DNA from: Octopus vulgaris
Lineage: Eukaryota
Length of the DNA: 64,000 bases
Direction: 5' to 3'
Assembly (NCBI GenBank): GCA_951406725.2
Contig: OX597837.1
Coordinates: forward strand, 46,252,001 to 46,316,000
A program made the translations under genes and the position numbers. The notes below the pieces were generated by a model. The model had not been told where the DNA came from, did not search any database, and was given only the letters and a program-made list of their open reading frames with translations. Positions 1 to 15,085 of this stretch are shown piece by piece. Positions within the stretch are counted from its first letter, which is position 1, and the number at the start of each line of letters is the position of its first letter.

Positions 1-841
1 TGCACTTATATCACTCATGTTGTAGAATATAACCATAGACTCTCTTTGAGTCATTCTTTTGCAAGTGTGTGTCCTTACCATCTTATCTAGAGCACACACA
101 CACACACACAGCTATGCACATATACACTCACCAAAAATATACATGTATGCACACAAATACAGTTAAATAGATATATACATATGCATAAACAGACAATAAC
201 TAGATTTTTCAAAATTATTTTTATTTATTTGTATATTTTCTTCTTTTTTTTTTCCATTAATGAATCACCCTAATTTGTGCCCTATGGAAGATATTTCATG
301 TAGGAGCTGTTTTTAATATCAATATATTACCAAAGTCAAAACGGAAAAGGGTTCAGTAAACTTTCAAACATAAGCAACTTAAGTATGTGTGTGTGTGTGT
401 GTGTTTGAGTGTATGCATGTATGTATGTATGTATGTATGCATGCATGTATGTATAATATTTAATCTATTATCTTTAGTCCAATGAAGTATATTTTATTTA
501 ATTTCTCTCTCTCACTCTCTCTCTCTCTCTCTCTCTCTCTGTCTATCTATCTATCTATCTATCTATCTATATCTATATATATATATATATATATCTGTCT
601 ATCTATCTATCTATATATATATATTCAATGTATGCTTTGCTTATTCACCAGTAGGCTGCAGGAAGCATAATGAGGCTGACTTCTTCAAAGTCAGGAGGGT
701 GTGTACATGTGTGCACACTAATTTGTTACTATCTATATCCTCTCTGATGTAAGCAGGTTTATTGAGTAGGGCATGCTACTAGCATTGCCTTTTGCTGTTA
801 AATTTAAAGTATTGCATTCAAATGGAAGCATTTTATAACAG

Positions 842-882
<41 letters not shown>

Positions 883-3424
883 CATACAGGGGGAAGTGAA
901 TTCAATTTGATATATATATACAAGTATGTATATATGCATGCATGTATGTATAGTGTATAGAGAGAGACAGAGAGGGAGAGAGAGAGAGAGAGAGAGAGTT
1001 GTAAAATACCAAGTTGCTTACTATTATTTACTTCCCTTCTAAATTACGAACAAAAATTTATTTTATAAAATATGTAATAATCATATAATGACATAAGTGT
1101 ATGATATCTGGAGGAAAAAAATACAAAGTATAAAAAATAAAACAAACAAAAAACAACATGCCACAACAGAAACAACACAAGGAATAAAATAAGTAAAAAA
1201 AAGTAGAAAAGTATAGATTCATCAAGTGGCCTGCACTATTTTGCCAATTAGCATTAATGAACTTCAACTAATTTAGAATGGACAAAACTTTCAAATTCTT
1301 TCCTTTTGTTTTTGGAGTCCTTTTACCTGTCTGTCTGTCTATAACTATGTACCTATGTCAGTATTTATCTATAGCTGTAAAGCACCGACCTGGCAGAATT
1401 ATTAGGTACCGGAGTGGCTGTGTGGTAAGTAGCTTGCTTATTAGCCACATGGTTCTGGGTTCATTCCCACTGCGTGACACCTTGGGCAAGTGCCTTCTAC
1501 TATAGCCTCAGGTCTTGTGAGTGGATTTGGTAGATGGAAACTGAAGGAAGCCCATCGTATATATGTATATATATGTTTATGTGTGTGTGTGTATATGCTT
1601 TTGTGTCTGTGTTTGTCCCCCCACCATCATCTGTCAACCGGTTCAGCAAAATGACACCAATAGAATTAGTACTAGGCTTACAAAGAATAAGTCCTGGGGT
1701 CGATTTGCTCCATTAAAGGAGGTGCTCCAGCATGGCCGCAGTCAAATGACTGAAACAAGTAAAAGAGTATGTTGGGAAAAATACCTAGTGGCATTTCATC
1801 TGTCTTTACATTCTGCTCCAAGGGTTTTACGTGCCACTGGCATAAGTGCCGGTTGCAGGACATCAGTATTTGCCACCAATCTTTTCAGGGTTTATAAAAT
1901 AAATATCAGCTGAACACTGGGGTCGATTTTATCAACTTACCCCCTCCCCTGTAATTGCTGGCCTTCTGCCAAAATTTGAAACTAATATTTACCTATAACC
2001 ATATACCTATATCTATATTAATTTATAACTATGCAACTATATCAGTTTATCTACATCTGCTTATATTTATTTCTCGATACTTATTTATATCTATTTAAAT
2101 CTGTCTATATCAACCGATAGCGATATAGCTGTATCTAGGAGACAAGTCATAAATAACGGTCATTATATATATTTTTATTGTAGTAAGCTCGACTTGCAGC
2201 TGTTTCCAGTTGTCATTATAGGTTTGCTCAATCGGTCCATCGATCAATTGAGAAAAACTGAATGATCTGAAAATTTAATGCTACTTTCTTCGTCAGAGTC
2301 ATTTCTGGTTATAGTATATTATATTATATTATATATCAATCTATGTCTGTTGCTATCCATCTATATCTATCAATATATATTTATATACAGATATAAATAT
2401 ATAACAATTGCAGCTTGGAAGGTGTTTATAAGCCATTTAAGAAACACACAAAACCGTTAGATTCACTTCCAGACCAAGTCACTTGCTATGCAAGTACATC
2501 TCTATAAATATATATTTATCAATATATATTTATATCTGTATATCTGTCTGTATATATCTGCCTATATGTCTTTCGATTTTTATCTTAAATTTCTTTTTAT
2601 TGTTTAAAAGTAGGTGAGGTGGCTGAATGCTTCGCAGCACTTTTAGCCTTTTATGCTCTGAGCTCAAATTTCACCAAGGCTGACTTTATCTTTCAGGCTT
2701 TCAGCGTCAATAAAATGAGTACCAAACGGAGCACTGAGGTCGACCTAATCGAATAACCTTCTCCCTTCAAATTCCAGGCTCTATAGCAATAGTAGAAATA
2801 ATTCTCATGGTTCAATCCTCCGCAGTCTGTCTGTCTAATGACATTTTTCAGGACTTCTGAGATTTGCACGAACACGGGAGGTAACTATGATCTAACTGAT
2901 CTAAATGCTTGCAGCAGAGTGGTCTCCCTTTGTCCATCTCTACCAGCAGATACTTTTCATTTGGTTCCCTGATGAATTAACCAAGGTAATGTTTCAATAT
3001 TACTTTTTACTAAGGCGGCGAGCTGGCCGAAACTGGCCCCCTCCCCACAAAATTTCTGGTTTTATGCCTTGAGTAGAAAAGAATAGAAAAGGCGGCAAGC
3101 TGGCAGAAACGTCAGCACGACGGTATTTCGTCTGTCGTTATGTTTTGAGTTCAAATTCCGCCGAGATCGACTTTGACTTTCATCCTTTCGGGGTCGATAA
3201 ATTAAGCACCAGTTGCGTACTGGGGTCGATGGAATCAACTAATTTCAGGCCTTGTGCCTATAGTAGAAAGGATTATTATTATTATTGTTGTTGTTGTTAT
3301 ACATTTTTTATTACAAATATCATGTCGCTGAGTTCAAGATCTCATAGATTTTGGTTTTATTTACTTATTTACCAATGTTATATTTCAGCCTTTGCCTTTT
3401 AATTTGGAAAGTTTATATATACAT

Positions 3425-3463
<39 letters not shown>

Positions 3464-3589
3464 ATTATTGTTATTATTGTTATATTATATATATATATAT
3501 ATCGTAAAACATTTCATATTTTAAAAAAAAGTTTTAATTAACAAAAAGAAAGAAAAATTCAGGCAAATAACGTAAATTAGAATAATAAT

Positions 3590-5853
3590 AATCTTTTCTA
3601 TTATAGGCAGAAGGCCTAAAATTTGGCAGGTGGGGGTTAATCAGTTACCTTGGTCTTAGTACTCAACTGCTACTTATTTCATCCACCCGCAAAAGGATGA
3701 CTGGTAAAGTTGACATCAGGGGAATTGGAAATCAGAACATTAAGACAGCCTAATGATTTTGCTGCCTCACTTCCTCAATAGTAATAATAATGATAATAAT
3801 AATAATAATAATAATAATAATCTTTTCTGCTATAGGTACAAGACCAGCAATTTCAGGAGAGGTGTTAAGTAGATTACATCGACCCCATTACTCAACTGGT
3901 ACTTAATTTATTGACCCCAAAAGGATGAAAGGCAAAGTCGACCTCAGTGGAATTCGAACTCAGAATGTAGCAGCAGACGAAATACTGTTAAGCATTATGC
4001 CCGGTGTGCTAACCATTCTGCCAGCTTGCTGCAGAATAATAATAACAATAATGCTTAAAATGGCAAAAGAGAGAAGTGAAGAAAATGGATGCCAAGACCA
4101 GAAAAATGTTGACTGTACACGGAGCCTTCCATCATAAGAGTGACACTGACAGGTGTCAGAAGAAAGGGTGGGAGAGATTGAGAGGTTTGATCAGTTGCCA
4201 GAACTGTATTGAAGCAGAGGAAAACAGCTTAGGGTGGTATGTAAAAAATGCTGCAGAGTCACTGTTGAAACACAGAAAGAAGGCCGGTGTCATCAACACT
4301 GAAAATTGTGTAACTAAAGAAAAATTTAAACAAGAAATGAACAAAAAAAAAAAAAAAGAAAAAGCATGGAAGGAAAGGTACAAGGCCTTGGAAATGTTTA
4401 TTTTTTTTTTTGGAGAAGGGGGCTAGTCAATTACATTGACTCCAGTGTGTAACTGGTACTTATTTCATTGACCCCAAAAGGATGAAAAGCAAAGTCGACT
4501 CTGGTGGAAGTTGAACTCAGAATGTAGCAACAGGTGACATACCACTAAGCATTTCGCCCAGGTGTGCTAAAGATTCTGCCAGTTCACCGCCTTATCAGTA
4601 ATAATAATAATAATGTTTTCTTTATTGATCCCAAGGGCCAGACACAAAATGAAAAAGGCATTACAAAAACAAGGGACAGTGGAGCTTAACAAAAAATTGT
4701 GTATACAATGATAATCCTTTCTACTATAAGCACAAGGCCTGAAATTTTGCAGGAGTTGGTGGGGGGGGGGGTGCTCGTTGATTACATTGAGCCCAGTGCT
4801 TAACTAGGACTTATTTCATCAAATGCAAAAGGACGAAAGGCACAGTCGACCTCAGTGGAATTTGAACTCATAACATAAGAACAGATGGAATGCTGCTAAG
4901 CATTTTGCCCAGCATACTAATGGTTTTGGGGGAGGGAGTAAGTCGATTACATCGACCCCTGTGCTCACCTGGTACTTATTTTATCAACCCTGAAAGGATG
5001 AAAGGCAAAGTCCACCTCGGCAGAATCTGAACTCGGAACGTAAACATGGACGAAAAGCTGCCAAGCATTTCACCTGGTGTGCTAATGATTCTGTTAGTTT
5101 GCTGCCTTAATAATAATAATAATAATAATGAGAATAATCTATTCTACTAAAGGCCTGAAATTTTAGGGGAAGGGACAAGTCGATTATATTAACCCCAGTA
5201 TGTTACTGGTACTTCATTTATCGACCCTGAAAGGATGAAAGGCAAAGTTGAGCCTGGCAGAATTTGAACTCAGAATGCGAACATTGATGAAATGCCTCTC
5301 AGCATTTAGCCCAGTGTGCTAACAATTCTGCCAGCTTGACACCCTAATAATAACAATAATAGTAATAAAACTAGTAGTAGTAGTAGTAGTAGTGATAATA
5401 ATGATAATAACAAATAATGATGATGATGATGATTTATTTTATTGGTTATAAGGGTTCAATATTTTTGGGGATAGTACAAGGGTAAAATGCAAAAGAGCCA
5501 GACGGCCACAGATTTGGTGGAGGGGAATAATCAAATATATGACGTAGTAGTAGTAGTAGTAGTAATGATTGCTAACATAAGGCATAAGACCACAAATTTT
5601 GATTAAATTAAATAGTAGTAGTAGTAGTAGTAATGATCTTTCCTACAATAGACACAAGGGCTGAAATTTGGTGGGAGGCCACTAATTGATTACTTTGATA
5701 CCAGTAATCAAGTGGTTCTTGTGTTATTCTTTTATTGTCCCCCAAAAAGGATGAAGGACAAAGTCAACCTCAGTGGAAGTTGAACTCAGAATGTAAAGAT
5801 GGAAGCATTTTGTATTTGGTCCAGCATGCTAACGATTCTACCAGCTCACCACT

Positions 5854-5899
<46 letters not shown>

Positions 5900-6520
5900 T
5901 AATAATAATGATGATGATATCAATGGTGATAATTCTTTCTAATTCATGTACAAGGCCAACAATTTTGAGGGGAGGGTGTAGTTGATACTTTCAACCCCAG
6001 TACTTAACTGGTACTTTATTTTATCAACTGCAGATGGGTATAATAATGACAGCAGTAGTAGTAGTAATAATAATAATAATAATAGTAGTATAGTAGTAGT
6101 AGTAGTAGTAGTAGTAGCAGTAGCAGTAATAATTTCGAATTTTGACACAAGGCCAGAAATTTTGCAGGAGGGAATAAGTCAATTACAATGGCCCCAATGG
6201 TCAACTGGTACTTATTTTATCAACCTTGAAAGGACAAAAGGCAAAGTGAACCTTGGCAGAATTTGAACTCAGAATGTAAAGAGACAGGCGAAATGCTGCT
6301 AAGCATTTTGTCCGGCATGCTAACGATTTGGCCAAATAAAAATAATAATAATAATGATAATAATAATAATAGTGACAATTTTTTACATAGGCACAAGACC
6401 AGCATTTCAGGGGAAGGTGGGGAACAGTCGATTACATCAACCCCAGTATTAGACTGGTACTTTATTTTATTGACTCCAAGAAGGATGAAAAGCAAAGTTA
6501 ATCTGGGTGAGATTTGAAAT
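3590..6520 (-). repeat. Head-to-tail cluster of about 10 family-B SINE copies separated by (AAT)n/(AGT)n
   Basis: Recurring ...aaggatgaaaggcaaagtcgacct...gaactcaga...gctaa blocks every ~250-300 bp, all on the same strand. Confidence 0.8.
4076..4380 (+). mobile_element. R4/Dong-type (RLE) non-LTR retrotransposon fragment
   Basis: KMDAKTRKMLTVHGAFHHKSDTDR...RGLIS post-RT motif. Confidence 0.6.
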
Positions 6521-6706
6521 ATAATACAAAAAAAAAAAAAATATTGAAATGAAAATTTTTAAGTCTTGAGAAAGTTAAAAAAGGAAATTTATGAAAGGTG
6601 GAGGATGAGGAGGAGAGGTGGAGGAGGAAGAGGAGGTGGAGAAATTGAGAGAGAATATATTTTTTAAAAAATTTACAAATATTGAAAAGTTAGCTGAAAT
6701 GACTGT

Positions 6707-7097
6707 TTAGGTTACATAAAGGAACAATTTTGAGACAGCTTGACCAATTAGTTGGTGCTTGTCAGAACTGTACATGTCCATAGTCAGTTGGATCTTTATG
6801 TCTTGTGGCCCAGGTATCCGTCGAAGGAGTTCAAGGGCTGCCGAATTGGTGGTGTAGTTCAAATGGAAATACTGTTGACTGATCTTGGCCACACCGCCCA
6901 GCTGCGGACTGGCATCTTGTAGCTTAAGGCTGAAGCGGAAATACCTCGACGGCAAGATTCGTCCGGAGATTGTGAACAGCGTGGTAGGCACCTTTATTTT
7001 GGATGGGAAGGTCATGAAGTTGTAAGAGAGCGACAGGGGCGATGTGAGGCACTCGATATTTTGTACTGGACAAATGCTTGGTCGCTGGCAACGGACA
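6707..7097 (-). CDS. FBLN1: Fibulin terminal exon: C-terminal domain III
   Basis: ctctttcag|T GTC CGT TGC (phase 2 matches the upstream exon); VRCQRPSICP...PLSLSYNFMTFPS...LLRRIPGPQDIKIQLTM...SKLFLYVT*. Confidence 0.92.
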
Positions 7098-8469
7098 CTG
7101 AAAGAGAAAGAGAAGATGACACACACACAATCACACGATAAGCAAAAACAATAACAGGAGCAGCAAAGATATTTGTGGTTAATTCTTACACTTCAATTGT
7201 TGCAATGGGTGGCTGTAGGGTATGGAGAGCAAAGTATGTTGTTATTTGGCCCCCAAATCAACCCTGGTATCACCAGTAGTCTCTTTTTCTTATATCAGGA
7301 ACTACATGGACCATTTTATTTCCTTGTGCTACCCTCTTGCAATGTGCTCTGTTCAATGTAACACAGCAAATTAACAGTCATTAGAATATCATATTTCACC
7401 TTAATAATCTTTTATCACCTTCTTCCAGTTCGTTTTACTTTGTATTCAAATCCAGCTAAGGTCAACTTTATTTTTTATCCTTTCAGGGCCAATAACTACC
7501 CCCACAAAAAAAAAAAAACGCTATCATTCCAGGTCAGTTGGCTGGAGGATGGAACTGTTTGAAATCTTAGAGCATCGTAAAAGTGCTTTGCAGTCTCTGT
7601 TGTAGCTCTTTGTATCCTGAGTTTAAATTCTCCACCTTCCTGCACTCCTCCTCTCAATAACAACATTACTGTGAAGCACTGCAGTTGACCGCAGCTTTAA
7701 AAACCAACTGATTATGAAACTCCAGGGGAACTCTGCAAGCTATATTTATAGACAACTTACTTAGGAGGGAAGTAACATTTCCAATTCTGATACAGAGTAG
7801 TGAAAATTCTTTTGTCCTCTAACATGGGGCAATCTTTCCAGTGCTGATGCAACAACCAAATGCACGTAATGCACACTGAAGGACATAACATAACTGCAAA
7901 GTTGGCTGGTTTCTCTGCTGCTGTTTGTGTTAGACAGAGAATTGGCAGAAGGCAAGCACAGGGCAGAAAATGTGCTTCAAAGATACACTCAGAGCCTCAC
8001 TGAAGTGTTTTCAGATCAACCCCGGCATCTGGGAAATGCAGGCACAGGAATACCCTGCCTGGCATAGCTGCACCAACAGAGGTGCCACCTCCTACTAACA
8101 GGATAGGATCGTAGGAGCACAAAGAGAACGTGAACTGTGCAAGTCCAGAGCCAAGTCCTTGCCTTGATTGCCAGCAGACCACCACTGTTTGATCTGCAGC
8201 AGAACCCCTTCTGAGCATGCATTGAATTGATTAACCACACCGTGTCCCATCTTCTTCTCCTGTGTGATGTTCTTGTTCATTGTTGACGACAATGGATGAA
8301 CATAATGGATGTGCCAGAGGATGCTATGATGAATAACAAGACACTGTAAAACCCACCAAACCCTTAGTAAAACAAATGCAAAATGATGATGATGATAAGG
8401 ATGATGATGATGATGTAAAGATATATATATATGAGAAAATAAGTTTCTGAAAATATGGAAAAAGAGTCA

Positions 8470-8611
8470 ACCTTGAATTTCACAGAGGTTAACTTTGCCT
8501 TTCATCTGTTTGGGTTTGGTAAAATCAGTACCAGTCAAGTACTGGGGTTCATATAATTGATTTGCTCTCCCCCTCCCCCAAATTTCAGCCCTTGTGCCTT
8601 TAGTAGAAAGG

Positions 8612-8649
<38 letters not shown>

Positions 8650-8873
8650 GGCTGCAAGCTAGCAGAATTGTCAACATGCTGGACAAAATGTTTATTGGCC
8701 TTTACGTTCTGGGTTCAAATATTGCCATGGTCGACTTTGCCTTTCATCTTTTTGGGGTCAATAAATTAAGTACCAGTTGCGTAGTGGGGTTAATTTAATC
8801 GACTGCCCCCCCACTCCCCAAATATTTTGGGCCTTGTGCCTTGTGCCTAGAGTAGAAAAGATTATTATTATTA

Positions 8874-8915
<42 letters not shown>

Positions 8916-9131
8916 TAAGGTGGCGAGCTAGCAGAATTGTTAGCACACTGGGCAAAATGCTTAGTGGTATTTCGCCTGTCTTTACATTCTGAGTTCAAAT
9001 TCCACCGAGGTTGACTTTGCCTTTCATCCTTTCAGTGTAGATTAATTAAGTACCAGTGAAATACTGGGGTCGATGTAATCAACTTATCCCCCTCTCCCAA
9101 AAATGGCTGCTCTTGTGGCAAAATTTGAAAC

Positions 9132-9162
<31 letters not shown>

Positions 9163-9355
9163 TATTTAAGGCAGTGAGCCGACAGAATCATTGGCCCACT
9201 GGGTTCTGAGTTCATATTCTGATGAGGTCGACTTTGCCTTTCCTCCTTTCGGGGTCCATAAAATAAGTACCAGTTGCACCCTGTAATCGACTGACCCCAT
9301 CCCACAAAGTTCCAGGCCTTGTGCCTATAGTAGAAAGGACTACTATTATTATTAT
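8470..9355 (+). repeat. Tandem cluster of about 4 family-B SINE copies
   Basis: Repeated gactttgcctttcatc...taccag...ggccttgtgcc + (ATT)n. Confidence 0.8.
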
Positions 9356-12300
9356 TATAGTTATAATCAAAACAAACTTTAAAACATTTTAAAATTTCAT
9401 TTGAAAAAGCGAATTATTCATACACAGGTGACTCACAAGTTGGGCAAATTCTCTTATAACATTAAAATGACTTTCATTCCTGAATTATAGTTTAATGAAA
9501 AGCACCACCCTAAATGCTTTATAGTGCATCATTTTTGTCTAATAGGTTTCTGATTCAGTTTCACTGAAGGTGTTAAAGTCAATTGTATTAGGCAATAAAC
9601 AAATTTAACCTTCCAGTATTTTATTAGTGATTGCACACCTGATCTCATTTAGTAATCATACACCTGGTCTCACCTGGCAGTAACACATCATGCCTGAACT
9701 GGTAATCATGTATACAGCCCTCTCATTTAGGGGCTCACACATCTCATCATACCTTATAGTCTCACACCTAATAAGTACACAGCTAGTCTCACTTTGATGA
9801 CCACATACTTAGTCTCACCTGGATGGTCACAGCTTGAATGACCTTGACCATAGGCCTACTGGATTAAGGCTGTTCCTGGCTTAAACAACAATAACCACAA
9901 CTTCAGATCAATGATATCAAAAGCTCTACTTCAACATCACACAAATCCTTTTGCCACTAGATAGAGGAACACCATCTGGCTCCCTTTTTAAAGGCAGGAG
10001 GTGAAGCAATCCACATGATAGAATTGGCCAACAGGTGGATTCATCCTACCTATGGCAACAGAACCCCACAACTCAGCAATGCTCAGACACTGTATGCGTG
10101 CTTACAATACAATTTCTCTACTTTATATGCATCTCATATATTTCCACCTGGCAGCACTTCTTTTCCTGTTCCCTTCTCAAACTGACGGTGTCCCTTAGTA
10201 TTACTCCCTGGTTAAAGATTCCTGGAAATTATTCATAGTATTTGTCAGCTTAAAAGTCTTCTGAAACAGTCCAACTAATTGGTCCTTATTTGATGCTCAG
10301 AGTTTGCCCCCAAATGTCATTGCTCTTACCCACAACTAGATTTCTACATATTGCTAACATAGAACTTCCATTATGCAGACTGTCCAGCTGGTCAGGGATG
10401 GTGAAAGCACCCAATCTGGGACTCAAGACTGCAACCTTAGAGATGAGAGGCAGCAAATTGTGTCTTACAAATAGAGGTCACACTTGCTCAACATCCAAGA
10501 AAATCTGCAGGTGGAGCAGTCTCATTACATGCCTGTGCATTAGCAGTCACGGCATGCCAAGTCTGATTACCAGAGGGTGCTGCAACAGATGGACTTCCTG
10601 ACCAGTGGAACATGTCTTTTCCATAGGAAGCAGAAAAGTACCATCATCAGCATTACCACTAGCATCATCATTGCCATTGTCATGCTAATAATATACACAA
10701 AAATGAAATATATTTAAATATAGCAAAATATGTCTTTTCATGAAATTCTTCAAATACAAATATAACCATAAATAGAGGTCATAATATTGGGGCACAATTC
10801 TCCTTAGATATGGGATAAAAATAATTCTTGCTGGTGAGTGTAAAGCTCCAAATTTTATGGCTAAAATTTGACTGGACTCTCTGGTGTCATGATATTATAA
10901 CTGTCTGGTCTATTGTAGATGCATAGTTTAATTCCCACTTCTTGCCATTTGTCCCCTTAGCACTCAAATCATCCTGTCAAATGTAATGTTTATTTATTCA
11001 CATTGTTTTGAATTAATCAAGCATAGCTTTGAGATTTCAATGATGTGATTGTCCATTTTTAGAACGACATTGTAGGGTAGGTGTGAGAGGCTGGATCTGG
11101 TTGGTTTAAATGTAAAACAGGTAGAATATTTGGGCTGGATATGATTGATTTAAAGGGTTAAGGGGAATTCTAATCTATATATTATGAGCTAGGTTCATTT
11201 GTACTTGAATAACTTTGTAAAAAGACTTATTTTCTAATTTCTCAAAGCTTCAAAAATATGGTCTAAAAAACAAACATAACTATAACAATTTTTGTATCAT
11301 AACAATGAGTAAACTATTTATATCTGATCTTTATGATTTCTATTCAAATGTACTTTTAATTGAGGATAATAAATTCCTCAACGTGGAATGACATTTAAAA
11401 TCAAAATGAAAAAGACTATAACAAAAAGAAAAACTACCTTGTAGACTGTTATTGAAGAAAACAATATTTTGTTTAAACTACATAGCTGACATTGGACAAA
11501 TAATTATGGCATGTTTGCATGCCTACATTCATACATACATACAAATATAGATATATATGTGTGTGTGTGTGTGTATGTATATATATACATATATATATGT
11601 ACATACATATGTATGTATATAAATGTATATATATATGTATGTATATGCACATAAAAACAGGCAGACACACACACACTCAGTGTTATTACTTCCCTCTTAA
11701 TTTCACTAATTCTTCTGCTGATGTATATATAACTATCCATTGTCTGTGTTTGGCATATATTTATTTTCTAGTCTTGGCTTACTATAACAACATTCCAAGA
11801 TAAGGATATACACATGTGTGTGAATATCTGTGTATGGGTGTCTGTGTGTGTATACAAGAAACAACATTTCTTCCTGCGTTTTTGTGAGTTTTAATCTTTT
11901 TTCGTTAGGGTATTTTTATATATTTCTTTATTGTTTTTTTTTTATGTTTACTTTGGAACAATGGCATTCCTTAGTTCATTAATGCTTCAAGACCTTCTCA
12001 GTTGCATCATCAGGATGAGATGATAACATTGGTGCATCAATAATGTCCTTTGTAGTACACCAGAGAGGATCATGGGAATACTGTGGTAACTGATAAAATT
12101 ATCGTTTGCTACATCAGAGACATCAGAAACTATCTCGTTAGTGGAGGCATGGCAACACATTATTATTACACTTCGTGGAATAAAACTGAACGGAAAAACA
12201 TTAATTGCGAATACTATATTATCTTGTCTCTTTTACTTGTTTCAGTCATTAGTCTATGGCCATGCTGGGGCAATGCCTTGAAGTATTTTTTGTTGAACTA

Positions 12301-14320
12301 ATCAACCCCACTGCTTATTATTTTTTGTTAAGCCTAATACTTATTGTTTCAGTCTCTTTTGCTGAACCACTAAGTTATGGGGACATAAACACACCAACAC
12401 CAGCTTTTATCTTTTACATATTTCTGTCATTAGATTGCGGCCATGCTGGGGCACTGCCTTGAAGAATTTTTTGTCGAATTAATCAACCTCACTACTTACT
12501 ATTTTTTGTTGAGCCTGATACTTATTCTTTCTGTCTTTTTTGCTGAACTGCTAAGTTACAGGGACATAAACACACCAACACTGGTTGTCAAGCAGAGGGG
12601 GTGGGGGACAAACAAACACAAAGACTCACACACACATGTATGTATATAGAGACGACAGGCTTCTTTCAGTTTCCATCTACCAAATCCACTCATAAGGCTT
12701 TGGTCAGCCCGAGGCTATAGAAGAAGACACTTGCCCAAGGTTCCATGCAGTGAGACTGAACCTGGAACCATGTGGTTGGTAAGCAAGCTACTTAACACAC
12801 AACATGCTTGCCCCCAAAAGGATTAGATATGTTTTATATAGATATTTTTTTGTGTATGAAAGTCAATATGAATATATGTGCAAATGAGTTTGTATATAGG
12901 GACTAGCCTGTGCTTTGACCATTCTGGTGGTTGGCCTAAGATTTGTGAATGTGGCATAGTTCTTGAGTTTATACAAAGGGACTGACAAACATAGGAAGTA
13001 GAAAGGGGATAAGATTTGGGGGAGGGAAACAAAGAAGGCAGGGCAATGGGTGGGTGGGAAGAGAGAGAGAGAGGCAGAAGAGACAGCAGGTGGGTAGAAG
13101 AAGGGGAAGGCGAACTTTTTGGGGTTTTTGATTTCAAAGCCACTTTTACCAAATTTATGGCAGTGGAATTTCATAAGGACTGACACAGTTACTGTTGAGG
13201 TATTCTTTCTGTAGGTCTTTTAATTAGAGTCACCCCCATAACCAAAATCTCCACCACCACCACCACAACCACCACCACCACCACCACCACAACCACTGCC
13301 ACAGCAACAAACATTACCACCGCCAATACCACCTGCACAATTATTACGACTACTACTAAACCATTATAATCATCATCATCATCATCACCTTCACCACTAT
13401 ACCATCACCACAACCACCACTGCTATCATCATCCCTATTACTACCAATATTATCACCACTACAACCATCACCATTATCATCACCACTACCATCAGTACAA
13501 TCATTTCTAGGTCGACCTAGAATTAGAAGAGAAACTTGCCAGATAGAAACTGTGTGGAAGCCTTTCACCTAAAGACACAAACAGTGAAATGTCTTTAAAT
13601 CAACAAAACTATATTATGCAATTATTACTTCTTTTATTTAGGTATCATTTAATGATATAACACCTGAAGTTATGTGTGCAGAACAAAATATACGGCTAAT
13701 TATTACAAACCAAATGTGTGTATATATATATTTTAAGACCATATTACCTGTGCTGTATTATCTATTAAACTATATTTTCAAATTTGGGATTATATATCAA
13801 GCCTTTAGCACTCAGATTATTCAATCAAATGTAATGCTTTTCATTCATATTGCTTTTAATTAATCATGCATTATTTTCTAGCTTTGAAATTTTGATGATG
13901 TTTTTGTATATTTTATAATGACATTGAAGGGTAAGTGTGATAGGCTGGATCTGGTTGGTTAGAACATAAAATGGGCAGCATATTTGGGCTGGATATGGCT
14001 GGGTTAAGTATTAAACTATATTACCAACATTGTATGCTATGTGTACAGAGCGAAACATATGGCCAAGTGTTACAAACCATTTTTATTTAATTTAATGCAA
14101 TGTGTGTGTGTATGTTCGCATGTTTATGAGTGTACATTTATGTGCGTGTGATGGGTTCGTGTATTTTTCTCTCTGCGTGTGTGTGTGTCTGTGTGTGTTT
14201 ATGTATGAGCATATGTAATGAATGGGAACTCATGTGGTTGTGCTTATTCATTACTATGCCCTTAATGGCAAAGGGTCTGATTAACTTCAACAGGTTCAGG
14301 AAATAAATGAAGACGCTTAC

Positions 14321-14462
14321 CTATTACCAGGGTTACCATAGGCTGATTTCTTGTAGGCGCTCGGACATTGCACAACAGGGCATTTATGACTGCCTCGAGT
14401 GTTCACACAGATGGCATCATAGTTACGGCAGATTCCAGGATTTTCTGAACATTCATCAACGT
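14321..14462 (-). CDS. FBLN1: Fibulin exon: last cbEGF (6th Cys supplied by the terminal exon)
   Basis: cttaaag|AC GTT ... AAT AG|gtaagc; DVDECSENPGICRNYDAICVNTRGSHKCPVVQCPSAYKKSAYGNPGN; ends phase 2. Confidence 0.92.
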
Positions 14463-14820
14463 CTTTAAGGAAGAAATGAACAAAATGACAAAAATATTGA
14501 CCATGTTGATAATGTGTGTGTGTGTGTGTGTGTGAAGGCATGTGGCTCAGGGGTTAGAGTGTCAGGGTCACAATCTTGAGGCAGTCAGTTCGATTCTTGG
14601 ACTGGGCTATGTGTTGTGTTCTTGAGCAAGACACTTTATTTCATGTTGCTCCAGTTCACTCAGCTAGCAAAAATGAGTTATGATGTCACTGGTGACCATG
14701 AGTGATTGCTCGTCTTCCACAAACAACCTTACCTGGACTTGTGTGTCTTGGAGGGAACTTTCTAGAAGCAATCTCATGTTCATTCATGACTGAAGGGGGT
14801 CTTTACCCTTTTTGTTATAT

Positions 14821-14975
14821 ACATAATTATAATTAGGGTTCAGCTGACTGCTTCACCACATACCGAAATTAGAAATAGGAGATATAAGAATAGTAGCAGA
14901 AAAGGGATTTTTAATTCCTATTTCTAATTTCGGTATGTGGTTAAGCAGTCAGCTGAACCCTAATTATAATTATGT
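14821..14975. repeat. Fold-back inverted repeat, 60-bp arms, 35-nt loop
   Basis: 14821-14880 is the reverse complement of 14916-14975 with one mismatch. Confidence 0.95.
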
Positions 14976-15085
14976 GGATAATTTTACAATTGCACCTATA
15001 AGGGTTATTTTAACGTACCGATCTACTTGGTAAAATTGTTAACTAATTAATTTAATTAATAAATTTTACCCTTCTATTATTAATT

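Noticed and set aside
8277-8343. Possible alternative terminal exon (ttttacag|T GTC TTG..., VLLFIIASSGTSIMFIHCRQQ*)
   Set aside because: Phase-compatible, but it has no domain III similarity and lacks the early Cys that completes the last EGF. It also adjoins a dispersed repeat (7947-8063 resembles 46217-46345).
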